Source: a virus (Duplodnaviria; Caudoviricetes). Taken from it: 55,758 nucleotides of DNA. The stretch is from the IMG/VR virus record IMGVR_UViG_3300046777_000527, positions 1 through 55,758 of that record; one strand, 5' to 3'. Position 1 is the stretch's first letter. Every line of letters begins with the position of its first letter. The position numbers and the translations under genes were made by a program. The notes under the pieces are model-generated. The model was not told where the DNA came from and did no database searches. It saw only the letters and a list, made by a program, of their open reading frames with translations. Positions 9,742 through 19,322 of this stretch are shown here, in pieces.

Positions 9742-9939
9742 CACTCTCCACACCCGCACACCTCTTACCCCTAGTTCTATCACGCACTTTGTCACGACTG
9801 AGTACTTCAGACGCTTTGTGACTTTATGCACTGTGGCTGTTGCTACTGGACAATTTAAGCAGGGTATAAAGAAGGAGTGCCCTTTCTTAAATTGCTTCCA
9901 ATTAATTTGGTAGACTACCCCCTCGATTTTCATTCGCAT
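9739..9939 (-). CDS. Small hypothetical protein downstream of primase-helicase
   Basis: GGAG upstream (start may be ATG at 9933); overlaps the primase 3' end; ends GVRGVRVWRV. Confidence 0.65.
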   Translation of the reverse strand: MRMKIEGVVYQINWKQFKKGHSFFIPCLNCPVATATVHKVTKRLKYSVVTKCVIELGVRGVRVWRV

Positions 9940-12733
9940 TCTCCACGTAATTATCTACGTTAATGAACTCAGGGGTACTGCAGTCAAACTCTATGACGTG
10001 AACAGGTAGACCTTTGATCTTGGTGCCTGTGGTCATGCGCCGTGTGGTGCTGCCCTTGTAGATGCCTTTCTCGTGCAGCTGCTTCAGTGTGTTCTTGAAG
10101 TTGATCTGCCGCTCCACGCAGTCAGTCTTGAACGCTTTGTTCACGATGAACATCTTTTTAGTATCGGGCTCGTATCGTATAATCAACTCACCGTACGGCT
10201 CCAGTATTGGCGCAGGGGTCATCTTTGTTCTCGCGTCTGCCTCACCATCGACCACGAGAATGTTGCGCATGTGGCGGTTGATGAAGTCACCGATAATTCC
10301 CGATGCGTCGTCTACAGGTGCTTCGTTGTCGGCACGGATGTCACGTATCATCTCGCATGCCCACTTGTAGATAGCCTTCATGTCGAAGTCATGCAGCCCC
10401 AGCGACTTGGCTATGAGACCGCCCATGATGTTACATGCAACAACCCCAGACCAGAACCGCTCGCGCTGAGTCAGGCGCAACTCCTTGTCAATCTTGGCTT
10501 GCACTTCCAGTAACTGCTCGATGGCTGTCTCTTTGTGGCCGACTAGCCACTGGATGTAAATGTCACCCGCTAGGCCGTAGTTCTCTAGCAGTAGGTGGTC
10601 AAACATCGCCTTGCCTTCCTCGGTGCTGATGACGCCGCTATAGCCGATCTCGTACTCGATCAAGCGCATGCGCTCCCCATCCGGGCTGTCTTTCAGGCTG
10701 GCCAGACGCTCATAGAAGCTAGAGTTGCCGGACGTTAAAGAGATGTTGCCCCACGTGGTGTTGTTGGCGCGCAGCTCGTTAGCCGATGCTTTCTGTCTGT
10801 CCTTACCCCGACCCTGTGACATGGCATAGGCCATGTTAGAGAAGTCCTCAGCCCGCATGTTCGTGATCTCGTCCATGGTGAAGGGCAGGTTGTTCATCAC
10901 GCCCAGCTTGTGCATACGGGCGTTCATGGTGTCACCGGGGATGGAGGCTAAGCGGTGTGGGTGTCCGTAGACGCTGTTGCACATATACAACGTAGTGGAC
11001 TTACCTGAGCCTGAGTTCTTAAAGATGACGTTGATGATGGCACCCGACAACCCCATAAACTTCAGCAGCGGGGAGCCAAAGGCTGTAAGTGCAGCAAACG
11101 CATTAGCCTCTAGCCCCGGGCGGGCGTACATGTTGAACACTTCCTTCCACTTTTCTAACGACCCCCTAGGCACCATGAACTGCGCTATGTTTGCTGTATG
11201 GTTTGATGGCGGGCTGTAGTAGATGTTGTCCGCCGTTATTTCTCTGTCCCCGATGATGAACTTGCTGTCGTTGTCTACCCAGCCAAACTGTGTCCTCATA
11301 ACTTCCGCCTTCTTCGATAGTTGTATGTCTTTAATAGAACTGACCAAAAAACTTACAATGTTGTCCATCTGACCCTTGTGACCGATGATGCCCTGCTGCC
11401 CTAAAAGCTTCTTTGGTTCGTCTTTTCCTAACAATACACTTGCAGGAATTGCAAACTCTTTTACCCCGTCTTGTGGCAGGTGCGCCCGGATAAGCGTCAT
11501 CTCACCCAGATCAGGGTCATGCATACGCTTTACAACATACAGGTCGTGCTCATAGACCAGCGTGGGGTCAGCATCGTCATCGTTGCTCTTATAGATGCCG
11601 CCCGTCTTGCCCCTGAAGTACGGGTAGGGAAAAGCGGGGATACTGTAAGAAACTTGTTCTTCTTCGTCCTCGACCTCGTAAGTCCCGTCCTCAGACTCTT
11701 CAGCCTTGGCTATTTCTTTACCTAGGACAATCGGGGTTGTGATCTTGCCTTTGTGTATGCAGGTGTCACAGCCTCCGGGGTTTTCCTTCTCGAACGTCTC
11801 ACAAAAGTGCGGACCGCCACGACGCTGCAGGTCTTGCACCTTAAGCTCTACCTCGAACGGGTCGTAGCCGGGATATTGCTCCGACATCTTATGCGCTGCT
11901 GACACCCCCTCTTCACAAAACGCCGTGACCGACAGCGCGCTACGCCATAGGTTATAACTAATGGTTTCTTGGTTCTGATAGCAGTGCAGTAGCTGCGGAC
12001 AGCCTTTACCCTCAGCCGACTTCAGCATGATGGTCTTGAACCGTGAGATGCGGTTGCCCATCAACGACAGGGTCAAAGCACTGCGCTGGATGTCCCGGCG
12101 CGGGGCAAACTTCTTCTCGGTCACCCCTAGTATTTTCTGTAGCTCATCAGGCTCAGTTGCGTTGCCTTCTACTAGCACCGTAACCGCAGAGGGTGGGCTG
12201 TCCTTGAAGTTAAGTGTCCCCGGCACGCGCAGTATCCGGGCAGGCTCGAAACAAGCCGGGTCTACCAGCAGCTCATGGATGCGGCATAATTCCTTTAATC
12301 TATCGCTGAGCTGCCGCCAATTGTTTTGATCTATCGTTTTGGTGAACGGCCAGTATGCGTGTATCCCGCGCCCAGAATTTACGATCACGGGTCTGGGTAA
12401 CCCGATAGTTTTGCAGAAGCTTTGCAGCTCTTGTAGGCCGGTGGCTTGGTCTATGTACCCGTCGCCCTCGGCAGCTTTCTCTTCCCCGCAGTCTATGTCT
12501 ACCCACAGTGCCTTGAAGTAGGCAGCGTTGTCCTTGGTGCGGCTCTCATTTGTCTTGTACTTTGCGCAACCAAAGTAGACATCGTACTTCAGGGAGATTA
12601 ATTGCTCGACTAACTCATCTACTTCTTCTCTAGTCTCTACAAGATGCTGGTCAACCTTCTTGCCTCTAATACCTACAACTGCGTACCACCCCTCGGGGGC
12701 GAGTACTGTGTCTAGCAAGTCAAAGTTAGCCAT
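9902..12733 (-). CDS. Primase-helicase (RepB/AEP-like primase, Cys-rich linker, DUF927-type P-loop domain)
   Basis: WVDID and NSGRGIHAYW primase motifs, RILRVPGTLN, HFC...GCDTC cluster, Walker A NSGSGKSTT, Walker B FTMDE. Confidence 0.85.
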   Translation of the reverse strand: MANFDLLDTVLAPEGWYAVVGIRGKKVDQHLVETREEVDELVEQLISLKYDVYFGCAKYKTNESRTKDNAAYFKALWVDIDCGEEKAAEGDGYIDQATGLQELQSFCKTIGLPRPVIVNSGRGIHAYWPFTKTIDQNNWRQLSDRLKELCRIHELLVDPACFEPARILRVPGTLNFKDSPPSAVTVLVEGNATEPDELQKILGVTEKKFAPRRDIQRSALTLSLMGNRISRFKTIMLKSAEGKGCPQLLHCYQNQETISYNLWRSALSVTAFCEEGVSAAHKMSEQYPGYDPFEVELKVQDLQRRGGPHFCETFEKENPGGCDTCIHKGKITTPIVLGKEIAKAEESEDGTYEVEDEEEQVSYSIPAFPYPYFRGKTGGIYKSNDDDADPTLVYEHDLYVVKRMHDPDLGEMTLIRAHLPQDGVKEFAIPASVLLGKDEPKKLLGQQGIIGHKGQMDNIVSFLVSSIKDIQLSKKAEVMRTQFGWVDNDSKFIIGDREITADNIYYSPPSNHTANIAQFMVPRGSLEKWKEVFNMYARPGLEANAFAALTAFGSPLLKFMGLSGAIINVIFKNSGSGKSTTLYMCNSVYGHPHRLASIPGDTMNARMHKLGVMNNLPFTMDEITNMRAEDFSNMAYAMSQGRGKDRQKASANELRANNTTWGNISLTSGNSSFYERLASLKDSPDGERMRLIEYEIGYSGVISTEEGKAMFDHLLLENYGLAGDIYIQWLVGHKETAIEQLLEVQAKIDKELRLTQRERFWSGVVACNIMGGLIAKSLGLHDFDMKAIYKWACEMIRDIRADNEAPVDDASGIIGDFINRHMRNILVVDGEADARTKMTPAPILEPYGELIIRYEPDTKKMFIVNKAFKTDCVERQINFKNTLKQLHEKGIYKGSTTRRMTTGTKIKGLPVHVIEFDCSTPEFINVDNYVENANENRGGSLPN

Positions 12734-12745
12734 GGATAAACTCGG

Positions 12746-12772
12746 AAAAAAAGGGAGGGGTCTCCCCCTCCC
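12746..12772 (-). terminator. Rho-independent terminator after SSB-like gene
   Basis: Stem GGGAGGGG/CCCCTCCC, GAGA (GNRA) loop on the minus strand, U7 tract. Confidence 0.85.
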
Positions 12773-12802
12773 AAAGCCGCAGGGCGCGGCGCGAGAAGCT
12801 AT

Positions 12803-13723
12803 TTAATCGTCAGCACTCCACGCATTAACCACATCAGCCAAGCTCTTGCCCTCCGTAGGCGCAGGCGTCGCTTTCTTGCTCGAACGCTTCGTTGGCTCAG
12901 CGATAGCGGGTTCATCCTCCTCTTCTTCCACAACCTTCGCCTTAGGCGCAGGCTTACTCGCGGTCTCGAACTCCTCGTCATTGCCCTCACCTTTATCCAC
13001 GGCGGCTACGTTCAGGATGACTGCTTTCTGGGCTTCAGGCGATACCACAGCCTCGTCTACGACTGCTTGCAGCTCAGGGTGCGACGCCACAAAATCCACG
13101 GCACGGAAGCGCACCTGCTGGTTGTCGTCCTCGTCAAAGCTCAGCTCAGTAATCACACCGTCAATGTTCTCACCGTTAGCAATCACGTAGTCGATGTAGG
13201 CGTTCAGCGGGAACAGCTGGCCAGCGCCCTTACCAAAGATTGACTTTGATGCAAGCTTAAGCTGGTAGATATCACCGTGGTTATTGCCGCCGATCTCGTC
13301 CGGTAACACAACAGCTACACGACGCTCGAACCGGCATGCGCGGGTTGTACCCTGACCGGAGCCCTTGACGTTCTGTGGGCAGGTCTCGCACTTCTTCGAC
13401 TGAGGGTCTTTGATGCTAGCGTCCGGTGCATTACCGTCGTTCGACCAGCAGTCAGGTGCTGTGGCTTCCGCGCTAGGGTCGTAGGCTTTCATGTAGAAAG
13501 TGCGCTGGGCAGTTGCCTGAGCTACACCTACCAGTACCACGCGCAGCGGTGCGTTGAACTTGCCAGCCACGTCGCCATTAACTACACGCACGAACTTGCC
13601 GTTGCGGGGTGAGATGCGCTTTAAGCGGTTAGCTTTCATCAGGCTCTGGGTCAGAGCACTGGGGGCTTTTTTACCAGCGATAGCTACGTCGCGGTTCTTA
13701 AAAATTGAAACTTCGTTAGTCAT
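12803..13723 (-). CDS. Putative single-stranded DNA-binding protein
   Basis: PDCWSNDG...CETCPQN...RACR motifs, acidic C-terminal tail with an aromatic residue, position within the replication module; RBS AAGGAGAG. Confidence 0.55.
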   Translation of the reverse strand: MTNEVSIFKNRDVAIAGKKAPSALTQSLMKANRLKRISPRNGKFVRVVNGDVAGKFNAPLRVVLVGVAQATAQRTFYMKAYDPSAEATAPDCWSNDGNAPDASIKDPQSKKCETCPQNVKGSGQGTTRACRFERRVAVVLPDEIGGNNHGDIYQLKLASKSIFGKGAGQLFPLNAYIDYVIANGENIDGVITELSFDEDDNQQVRFRAVDFVASHPELQAVVDEAVVSPEAQKAVILNVAAVDKGEGNDEEFETASKPAPKAKVVEEEEDEPAIAEPTKRSSKKATPAPTEGKSLADVVNAWSADD

Positions 13724-14117
13724 TCTTGCCTCTCCTTACTGTGATCTTAAACTGGCTATCTACAAGCATGCCGGGTGGGAATACATCTGGGTTCTCTTCA
13801 ATAAACTGCTTCATGTTGGTCTGATGTATACGGCGCTCAAGCAAACCATACGCATCATTATCACGGATGAAGTTGTACATAGAGTCCCAGTCGTTAGTCC
13901 AGTAGCGTGTAGCTACACGGCGCATAACGGTACCTGCTGGGGTTTTAATGCTGGTGGATTCGGTGTCTCTGAAGACCTCTAACATCTCGGCTTCAACGAC
14001 AGCCATCTGCTCAGCAAGCTTCTTATCTTCCTCTTCGTACGCGGTTTTTATTTTGTCCCGCTCATCGCGTATCTTGAGGTAGATAGTGGCCAGCTGATTC
14101 ACTGACGTATCACTCAT
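13716..14117 (-). CDS. Conserved replication-module hypothetical protein (coiled-coil N-terminus)
   Basis: Strong RBS AAGGAG; coiled coil followed by DWDSMYNFI..LLERRI; overlaps the SSB-like start. Confidence 0.75.
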   Translation of the reverse strand: MSDTSVNQLATIYLKIRDERDKIKTAYEEEDKKLAEQMAVVEAEMLEVFRDTESTSIKTPAGTVMRRVATRYWTNDWDSMYNFIRDNDAYGLLERRIHQTNMKQFIEENPDVFPPGMLVDSQFKITVRRGKND

Positions 14118-14135
14118 TTTAGCTCCTTCGTGGTT

Positions 14136-14258
14136 AGTGCAGGGTCACTGGGTAGGGGGTTATATAGAGAAAGAAGCAGCAAAAAACTCTATTAACTTAG
14201 CCCAGCCCCTGCTGCGGTAGTTACTCGCCACACACCGCTTGGCGTCGTCGCTTGCACT
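14136..14258 (-). ncRNA. Candidate structured intergenic RNA / leader
   Basis: Nested stems GCAGGG/CCCTGC, CTGGG/CCCAG, GTTA/TAAC, ATAGAG/CTCTAT plus GCGGT/ACCGC in a non-coding gap of about 145 nt. Confidence 0.45.
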
Positions 14259-14264
14259 GCCTCT

Positions 14265-15824
14265 TTATCTTACACCAAGTTCCTGCTTATACAACTCAAT
14301 TATTTTGTTATGGTTCGTGATGTTATTTTGCAACATGTAATACATCCGTCGCTCTACTTCGCTGCCTTTCACATGAACAATAGTCATGGCATTTTTTTGT
14401 CCCGGTCTATTAATTCGCGCATTAGCCTGAAGGTAGGTTTCCACAGAAGTGACGGGTGCGTACCAGATGACTGTATTGGCAGCAGTAAGCGTAAGTCCAT
14501 GCGATGCAGCTTGTGGCTGTATGATGAGAACTTTCGGCTCCTTTTCATTTTGAAATCTCTGGATGATGTCATGTCTTTTATTAACTGTTACCTGACCGCT
14601 AATTATCTCTGCGGTAATTCCAGCCTTTGCCAGATGGCTTTTAAGAAGCTCGATAGTATGTGTGAAGGGGACGAACACCAGCACCTTGTGACTGGACTCC
14701 TCGATAACCTCCTGCACTACGTTGAGTCGATTAGTCACATCGAACTCTATGACTTCTTTGTCATCTGAATAAACGGCACCGCCTGATATTTGTAGCAGCT
14801 TGTTAAGCTTTACAGCTGCGTTGACTGCAGTAACTTCTTCACCGTCTGCTGCCATCAGCATCTGATCTTTAAGCACTTTGTAGTACTTAGCCTGCTGCGG
14901 CGTCAACGGCGCTTCCCGCTCGACAAACGTAACCTCCGGCAAGTCCAGACACTGCGCTTTCTCAAACCGTATAGCTGGCTGCAGGGCGTTGTGCACTATA
15001 GCTTCAGCGTTCTGGCGCGGTATCCAGCGGAACTGCCCCACCTTCTCCATCACCTTGTCGCGGAACTGCCCAAAGAACTTAGGTACACCGTCAGGGTTTA
15101 CCATTTTTGCTAGACCGTAGGCGTCTACCGGGGACTGCGCAGCAGGGGTGCCTGTCAGCATCCATAGCCATGTGTCCGGGGTTATCAACGTCTTCAATGC
15201 TTTCCAGCGGTTTGTCTGCATATTCTTGTAGGCGCTAGCTTCGTCGGCCACGATCAGATCAAACCCACCGTTAGCTATCTCATCCTTGACAATGTCTACG
15301 CCATCAAAGTTGATGATGACAAACTCAGCATCGCCTTGAATAATCTTAGCGCGCTGCTCCCGCTTCCCATGCGCCACGTCACAGCTGCGGTGCACAGCAA
15401 ACTTAAACAGGTCAGCTTGCCATGCAGACTTCATGATCGACAACGGACAGATAATTAGCACGCGCTTTACTAGCCCTAGTTTCATCAAGTAGTCAGCCGC
15501 CCAGATAACTGCTGCGGTCTTGCCAGTGCCCTGCTCGTTAAAACAAAATGCTTTCTTACGCAGCGTCAGGAACGATGCTGTTTCTTTCTGATGTGCAAAC
15601 GGACGGAACTGCCCCGGCCAGTCATAGTCCCTAGTGATAGTGCTAGGCACGTTCTTGATCTTCAGGGTAGCTAGCTCTTGCGCTTCCTTCAGGCCGAAGT
15701 AAACGGCAACGTCGTGTAGCCCATCAGGTAGCCACCCGATGATCTTACTTTTCTTAATCTTCTCGGTGACTAGATGTGGTCGTCTAGTTCTTATCACGAG
15801 TACCTTGTTATCTATGATTTGCAC
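14265..15824 (-). CDS. SNF2-family (SF2) helicase
   Basis: EQGTGKT, VADEAS, LTGTP, HGLTLTAA and QANARINRPGQ motifs. Confidence 0.9.
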   Translation of the reverse strand: MQIIDNKVLVIRTRRPHLVTEKIKKSKIIGWLPDGLHDVAVYFGLKEAQELATLKIKNVPSTITRDYDWPGQFRPFAHQKETASFLTLRKKAFCFNEQGTGKTAAVIWAADYLMKLGLVKRVLIICPLSIMKSAWQADLFKFAVHRSCDVAHGKREQRAKIIQGDAEFVIINFDGVDIVKDEIANGGFDLIVADEASAYKNMQTNRWKALKTLITPDTWLWMLTGTPAAQSPVDAYGLAKMVNPDGVPKFFGQFRDKVMEKVGQFRWIPRQNAEAIVHNALQPAIRFEKAQCLDLPEVTFVEREAPLTPQQAKYYKVLKDQMLMAADGEEVTAVNAAVKLNKLLQISGGAVYSDDKEVIEFDVTNRLNVVQEVIEESSHKVLVFVPFTHTIELLKSHLAKAGITAEIISGQVTVNKRHDIIQRFQNEKEPKVLIIQPQAASHGLTLTAANTVIWYAPVTSVETYLQANARINRPGQKNAMTIVHVKGSEVERRMYYMLQNNITNHNKIIELYKQELGVR

Positions 15825-15994
15825 TTTATTTTTACTTTATAGCCAGCTAAGTCTTTGTCTAAACTATCTGCTAAACGTAGCTTTATGTACGCAGCCCAGA
15901 TTGTGTCGTCATGTTCGATTTCAACTGAAGCCTCACTAATCCAGTCCGAACCTACCCGCAACAACCACACTGCTCTGGCTTCTTCTAGCGTCAT
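15812..15994 (-). CDS. Hypothetical protein
   Basis: Overlaps both neighbours in operon fashion. Confidence 0.55.
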   Translation of the reverse strand: MTLEEARAVWLLRVGSDWISEASVEIEHDDTIWAAYIKLRLADSLDKDLAGYKVKIKCKS

Positions 15995-16275
15995 TTTTTA
16001 CGCTCTCGTTTGCTTGTTTCAGACACAAGGTCATGTCCAGCGTTGCGGCGGAACGAACGGTTCTTGCCCGGTGCTTCTAACTTGATACCGTCTTTGTTCG
16101 CGCCACCTTTAGACAAAGCTTTAACGTGTGCTACGTCTTTACCTGCACGGCTCACACCGTCTTTGTCTAGCTTGCGTCGTGCGCGCTGGCGCTCCATGCG
16201 GTCAGGCAACTCACCGCGTTCTTTCTGCTGCTCGTATTCTTTCTTGTACGGCCTAGGTTTGTTTACGTAAGGCAT
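15991..16275 (-). CDS. HNH-like small protein (degenerate)
   Basis: GKDVAHVKALSKGGAN...NRSF resembles the D-x-x-H...GG-x-N...N HNH core; RBS GAGG. Confidence 0.6.
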   Translation of the reverse strand: MPYVNKPRPYKKEYEQQKERGELPDRMERQRARRKLDKDGVSRAGKDVAHVKALSKGGANKDGIKLEAPGKNRSFRRNAGHDLVSETSKRERKK

Positions 16276-16277
16276 AG

Positions 16278-16952
16278 CTAACCTCTTGTGTTATGTGCGC
16301 ACTCCGTTACGGGGCAGTATCGGCATAGGGGGCCCGACACTGGGTTCCATACATTTGTTTTAATAGCTGCTTCTAGTCTTGTCAGCTCTGGCTCCATGCT
16401 GTTCAGGTACGACGAGCGCATGATGAACTCATGCTCTTTCTTAACCATCTCGTTGCTTACCACAAAAAGCAGGGCTGACTTTATATTAACCACTTTCGGG
16501 AAGTGCGTAAACACCGCACCGGCCAGCAGGTCTAGCTGTTTTGTATCTGCGTACTTTGCGTTCTTACTTGTCTTATAGTCAACAAGCCAAGCCTGTTGTT
16601 TCTCTTCGTTAATTATGAGCAGGTCGGCTATGCCGCGCCACCATACATCCTTGGCAAAGAAGTCACACGCCACGAAGCGACCGTCCCGTTTCGCCACGCC
16701 CAGTTTGATTTCACAGTACTTGTCGCCCTCAATACGCTTAAGAGCTTCCAGTGTCGGCGCGATAAAACTAAACTTCGGCGGTATGGGAGTGGCATCCTTA
16801 ATATAATTCTCTGCTGCTGAATGTAGCTCCTTGCCGTAAATGGTTGCGGTAGAGTCTTCATCCTTTACATCCTTCACTATGCGTAGGTGGTAGTACTTCT
16901 TCGGGCACTGGTCGAAGGTCTTGATGCTGCTGTATGACCACGCTGGAATCAT
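16278..16952 (-). CDS. PD-(D/E)xK Cas4/RecB-like exonuclease
   Basis: WSYSS..FDQCPKKY, GIAD, VDYKT, QL, and C-terminal CRYCPVTEC (four-Cys Fe-S pattern). Confidence 0.85.
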   Translation of the reverse strand: MIPAWSYSSIKTFDQCPKKYYHLRIVKDVKDEDSTATIYGKELHSAAENYIKDATPIPPKFSFIAPTLEALKRIEGDKYCEIKLGVAKRDGRFVACDFFAKDVWWRGIADLLIINEEKQQAWLVDYKTSKNAKYADTKQLDLLAGAVFTHFPKVVNIKSALLFVVSNEMVKKEHEFIMRSSYLNSMEPELTRLEAAIKTNVWNPVSGPLCRYCPVTECAHNTRG

Positions 16953-17152
16953 ATCTTCCTCTGGCAGATAAACGCCTGAATGTCCACGCGGAAAGCGCCA
17001 GCAAACTTACAGTCAGCAGCGATGCGGCTCTCGGTGTTGACGCTGCCTATCCACAACCCCAGAACGAACAGGACTATAGCTACTAGCGATTTTGCCCAGA
17101 CTTCTGTGATGAAGTCCCATATCTTCCTGAAGTTGATTGCGTCTACTATCAT
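16949..17152 (-). CDS. Small membrane protein
   Basis: One hydrophobic helix (SLVAIVLFVLGLWIG); ATGA-type overlaps. Confidence 0.6.
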   Translation of the reverse strand: MIVDAINFRKIWDFITEVWAKSLVAIVLFVLGLWIGSVNTESRIAADCKFAGAFRVDIQAFICQRKI

Positions 17153-17496
17153 CTTTCTAAGCCCTTCATTATCATGACCATAGCGATAGCCTGACTCAAT
17201 GTCTGACCTTCTTCTACGATAAACATCTCGTGCTCCCAGTCAAAGTGTCCGTGGTGCATAGGGTTACTCTTCTTGGTGCTTACTTCTAGCAGGCGTCCGT
17301 TTACCGCTGGCACTAGCTTGACCATAAGCTCAGGCACAGTGCTATGGTCTGAGTCAGAGCGGAGTACCGCAGTTTGTAACTCGCTGCGAACCTTTCTATT
17401 CTCTGCGCGGTGCCTTAACTTAAACGCTATCTCCCCGACGACAGACCCTGCTATCCCGCATATCACACCTACCCCCAGACTCATTGCGTCTAACAT
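17149..17496 (-). CDS. Hypothetical protein with N-terminal hydrophobic segment
   Basis: RBS AAGGAG; operon overlaps. Confidence 0.65.
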   Translation of the reverse strand: MLDAMSLGVGVICGIAGSVVGEIAFKLRHRAENRKVRSELQTAVLRSDSDHSTVPELMVKLVPAVNGRLLEVSTKKSNPMHHGHFDWEHEMFIVEEGQTLSQAIAMVMIMKGLER

Positions 17497-19322
17497 TCTC
17501 CGTAGCTCCTTCCGTAGCCTGCCTCACAGTTAAGTGGCAGGTCTGGTGCCCACTCAGGGCGAAGTTTCATACATAGCTCGACGAACTCTTTGCCTGTGTC
17601 CTTTTCTTCTTCCGGGACTATGCAGGCGATAGCGTCGTGCACCGTCATTACTACCTTGTACTTCTTGGCAATAATCAGCATCTGATTACCGATGACAATA
17701 CGCGCTAGAGCTTGGCAAACATTCTCTGTTACCTTGCCGCCATATATCCTATTTGGTATGGTGGCTTTACCCCTCTTTGTATCGTACACCATTTCTGCAG
17801 AACCGTCATCCCTTTGTGTGACGCGCAGGTTCGGGTACTTTATGTACATACCGTTAGGTAACTTGATACCTCGTTTACCTTCTATCTTCAGCACGCCATC
17901 ACGACCTAGCGTACTTGTTTGATTGTCTCGGATATGTTCAAGAGCCTTGCCTGCAGCTTTCCAGAAGGCGGCAATCTTCGGGTACGTCTCACGATAAACG
18001 GAGATGATGCGCTGGCATTCTTCAAGCTCCAGAGTCGTTCCGAAAACTTTAAGTTGTGCTTGGAACTTCTGAGCACCCATGCCATACCCCGCCCCCAAGA
18101 TCGTAGTTTTCCCAACGAACCTCTCTTCTTTAGAAATCTGCGATATGTCTTTGTTGTAAATAGCCGACGCCATGATCTTATAAACATCCTCGCCATTCTC
18201 AAATGCCTTTACTAGATCATCCTGCCCAGCCAGCCACGCCAGCGTCCGCGCCTCGATCTGCGACGAGTCTGAGTCGATCATCACATAACCATCAGGTGCC
18301 ATGATTGCGTTTTTAAGCGCGCTTGAGCGGGGAAGGTTTTGAAGGTTTAGTTTGTCATCACCACCCCACCGTCCTGTGTGGGCGGCGTAGTAGCGTAGGG
18401 GAACTGGCATCAATCCTCTGGTAGCAATACCCATAAACCGCTCGGTACGAGTTTCTTCCAGCGTAGACTTCACGCCTAGCCGCGCAGCTACAAGAGCCTG
18501 CACTTGCGTGCTTTCATGGTCGAGCAAAGCTTTGAACTCTTCGTCACTTTTAGCAAACGCCCATGTCTCTTTGCCAGTAGTAGGGCTGATCTTACGTGGA
18601 GGCACAACACCGCATACCTTTAACAGTTGCGCGAACTTCTCGTTCGACATAAGGTCTGCTTTACCGCCAGCCAAAAAGTCTACGTCGTTGAGTAGTGTTG
18701 CTTTCTTATTGACAACAATGTGCAAGTGGTGGTTCAACCAATCCCAGTCTAGCTTTAGCACTGGCTCTGAGAACATACGGATGGTCAGATCAATCAGCTT
18801 TAGCTCAGACTGCACGAAGTGTGGCGACAGTACTTTGAATAGCTCTAGGGTTAGCTCGCAGTCGTTCTTGCAGTACTCGCCATACGCTGCAAGGTCAGCA
18901 GGGGTAAAGTCTAGGCGGCGTTTACCTAGCGCGTTTACAACTTCGGTTCCTTTCTCCCCGAGGCTGTAGTACTGTGCCAAGGCTTCAAGGCGACCTCCCA
19001 CCTCGATGGTATGCACAGCCCGTGCCATACTAAGAGTATCAAGGATACCCCTAGGCCGAATGCCAAAACACCAAGAAAGAATAGCGGCGTCAAACATAGC
19101 GTTATGAGCCAAGACCAGATTTTCCTGAAGGTTAAGCGACTCCAGAAACTTCTTGATTGTGTTGTGTGTACCTGATACCCACTGTGCGACACTTCCTTCC
19201 TCCTTTATGCCTACGCCTATAACCTCAAACCGTTCGTCGCGGATGTACTCTTCCGTGGTCAGCTTTGATAGGCTGAACTCACGGTCGTAGTAGGTTTCAA
19301 AATCAAGGCAGATTATTTTCAT
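17490..19322 (-). CDS. polA: Family A DNA polymerase with 3'-5' exonuclease
   Basis: Exo motifs LDFET, HNAMFD, YCKND; HTGRW, NLQNLP; motif A DSSQIEAR, motif B GKTTILGAGYG, motif C VHDA. Confidence 0.92.
   Translation of the reverse strand: MKIICLDFETYYDREFSLSKLTTEEYIRDERFEVIGVGIKEEGSVAQWVSGTHNTIKKFLESLNLQENLVLAHNAMFDAAILSWCFGIRPRGILDTLSMARAVHTIEVGGRLEALAQYYSLGEKGTEVVNALGKRRLDFTPADLAAYGEYCKNDCELTLELFKVLSPHFVQSELKLIDLTIRMFSEPVLKLDWDWLNHHLHIVVNKKATLLNDVDFLAGGKADLMSNEKFAQLLKVCGVVPPRKISPTTGKETWAFAKSDEEFKALLDHESTQVQALVAARLGVKSTLEETRTERFMGIATRGLMPVPLRYYAAHTGRWGGDDKLNLQNLPRSSALKNAIMAPDGYVMIDSDSSQIEARTLAWLAGQDDLVKAFENGEDVYKIMASAIYNKDISQISKEERFVGKTTILGAGYGMGAQKFQAQLKVFGTTLELEECQRIISVYRETYPKIAAFWKAAGKALEHIRDNQTSTLGRDGVLKIEGKRGIKLPNGMYIKYPNLRVTQRDDGSAEMVYDTKRGKATIPNRIYGGKVTENVCQALARIVIGNQMLIIAKKYKVVMTVHDAIACIVPEEEKDTGKEFVELCMKLRPEWAPDLPLNCEAGYGRSYGEC

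Noticed and set aside
9680-9913. 77-aa plus-strand ORF, and reading the two AAGGAG at 9691/9707 as its RBS
   Set aside because: The SD-like motifs lie inside the ORF with no start codon at usable spacing, and the ORF is antisense to a better gene.
16278-16952. Cas4-like gene as evidence of CRISPR-Cas
   Set aside because: No repeat-spacer array or other cas genes are seen; solo Cas4-like nucleases are ordinary in phage replication modules.
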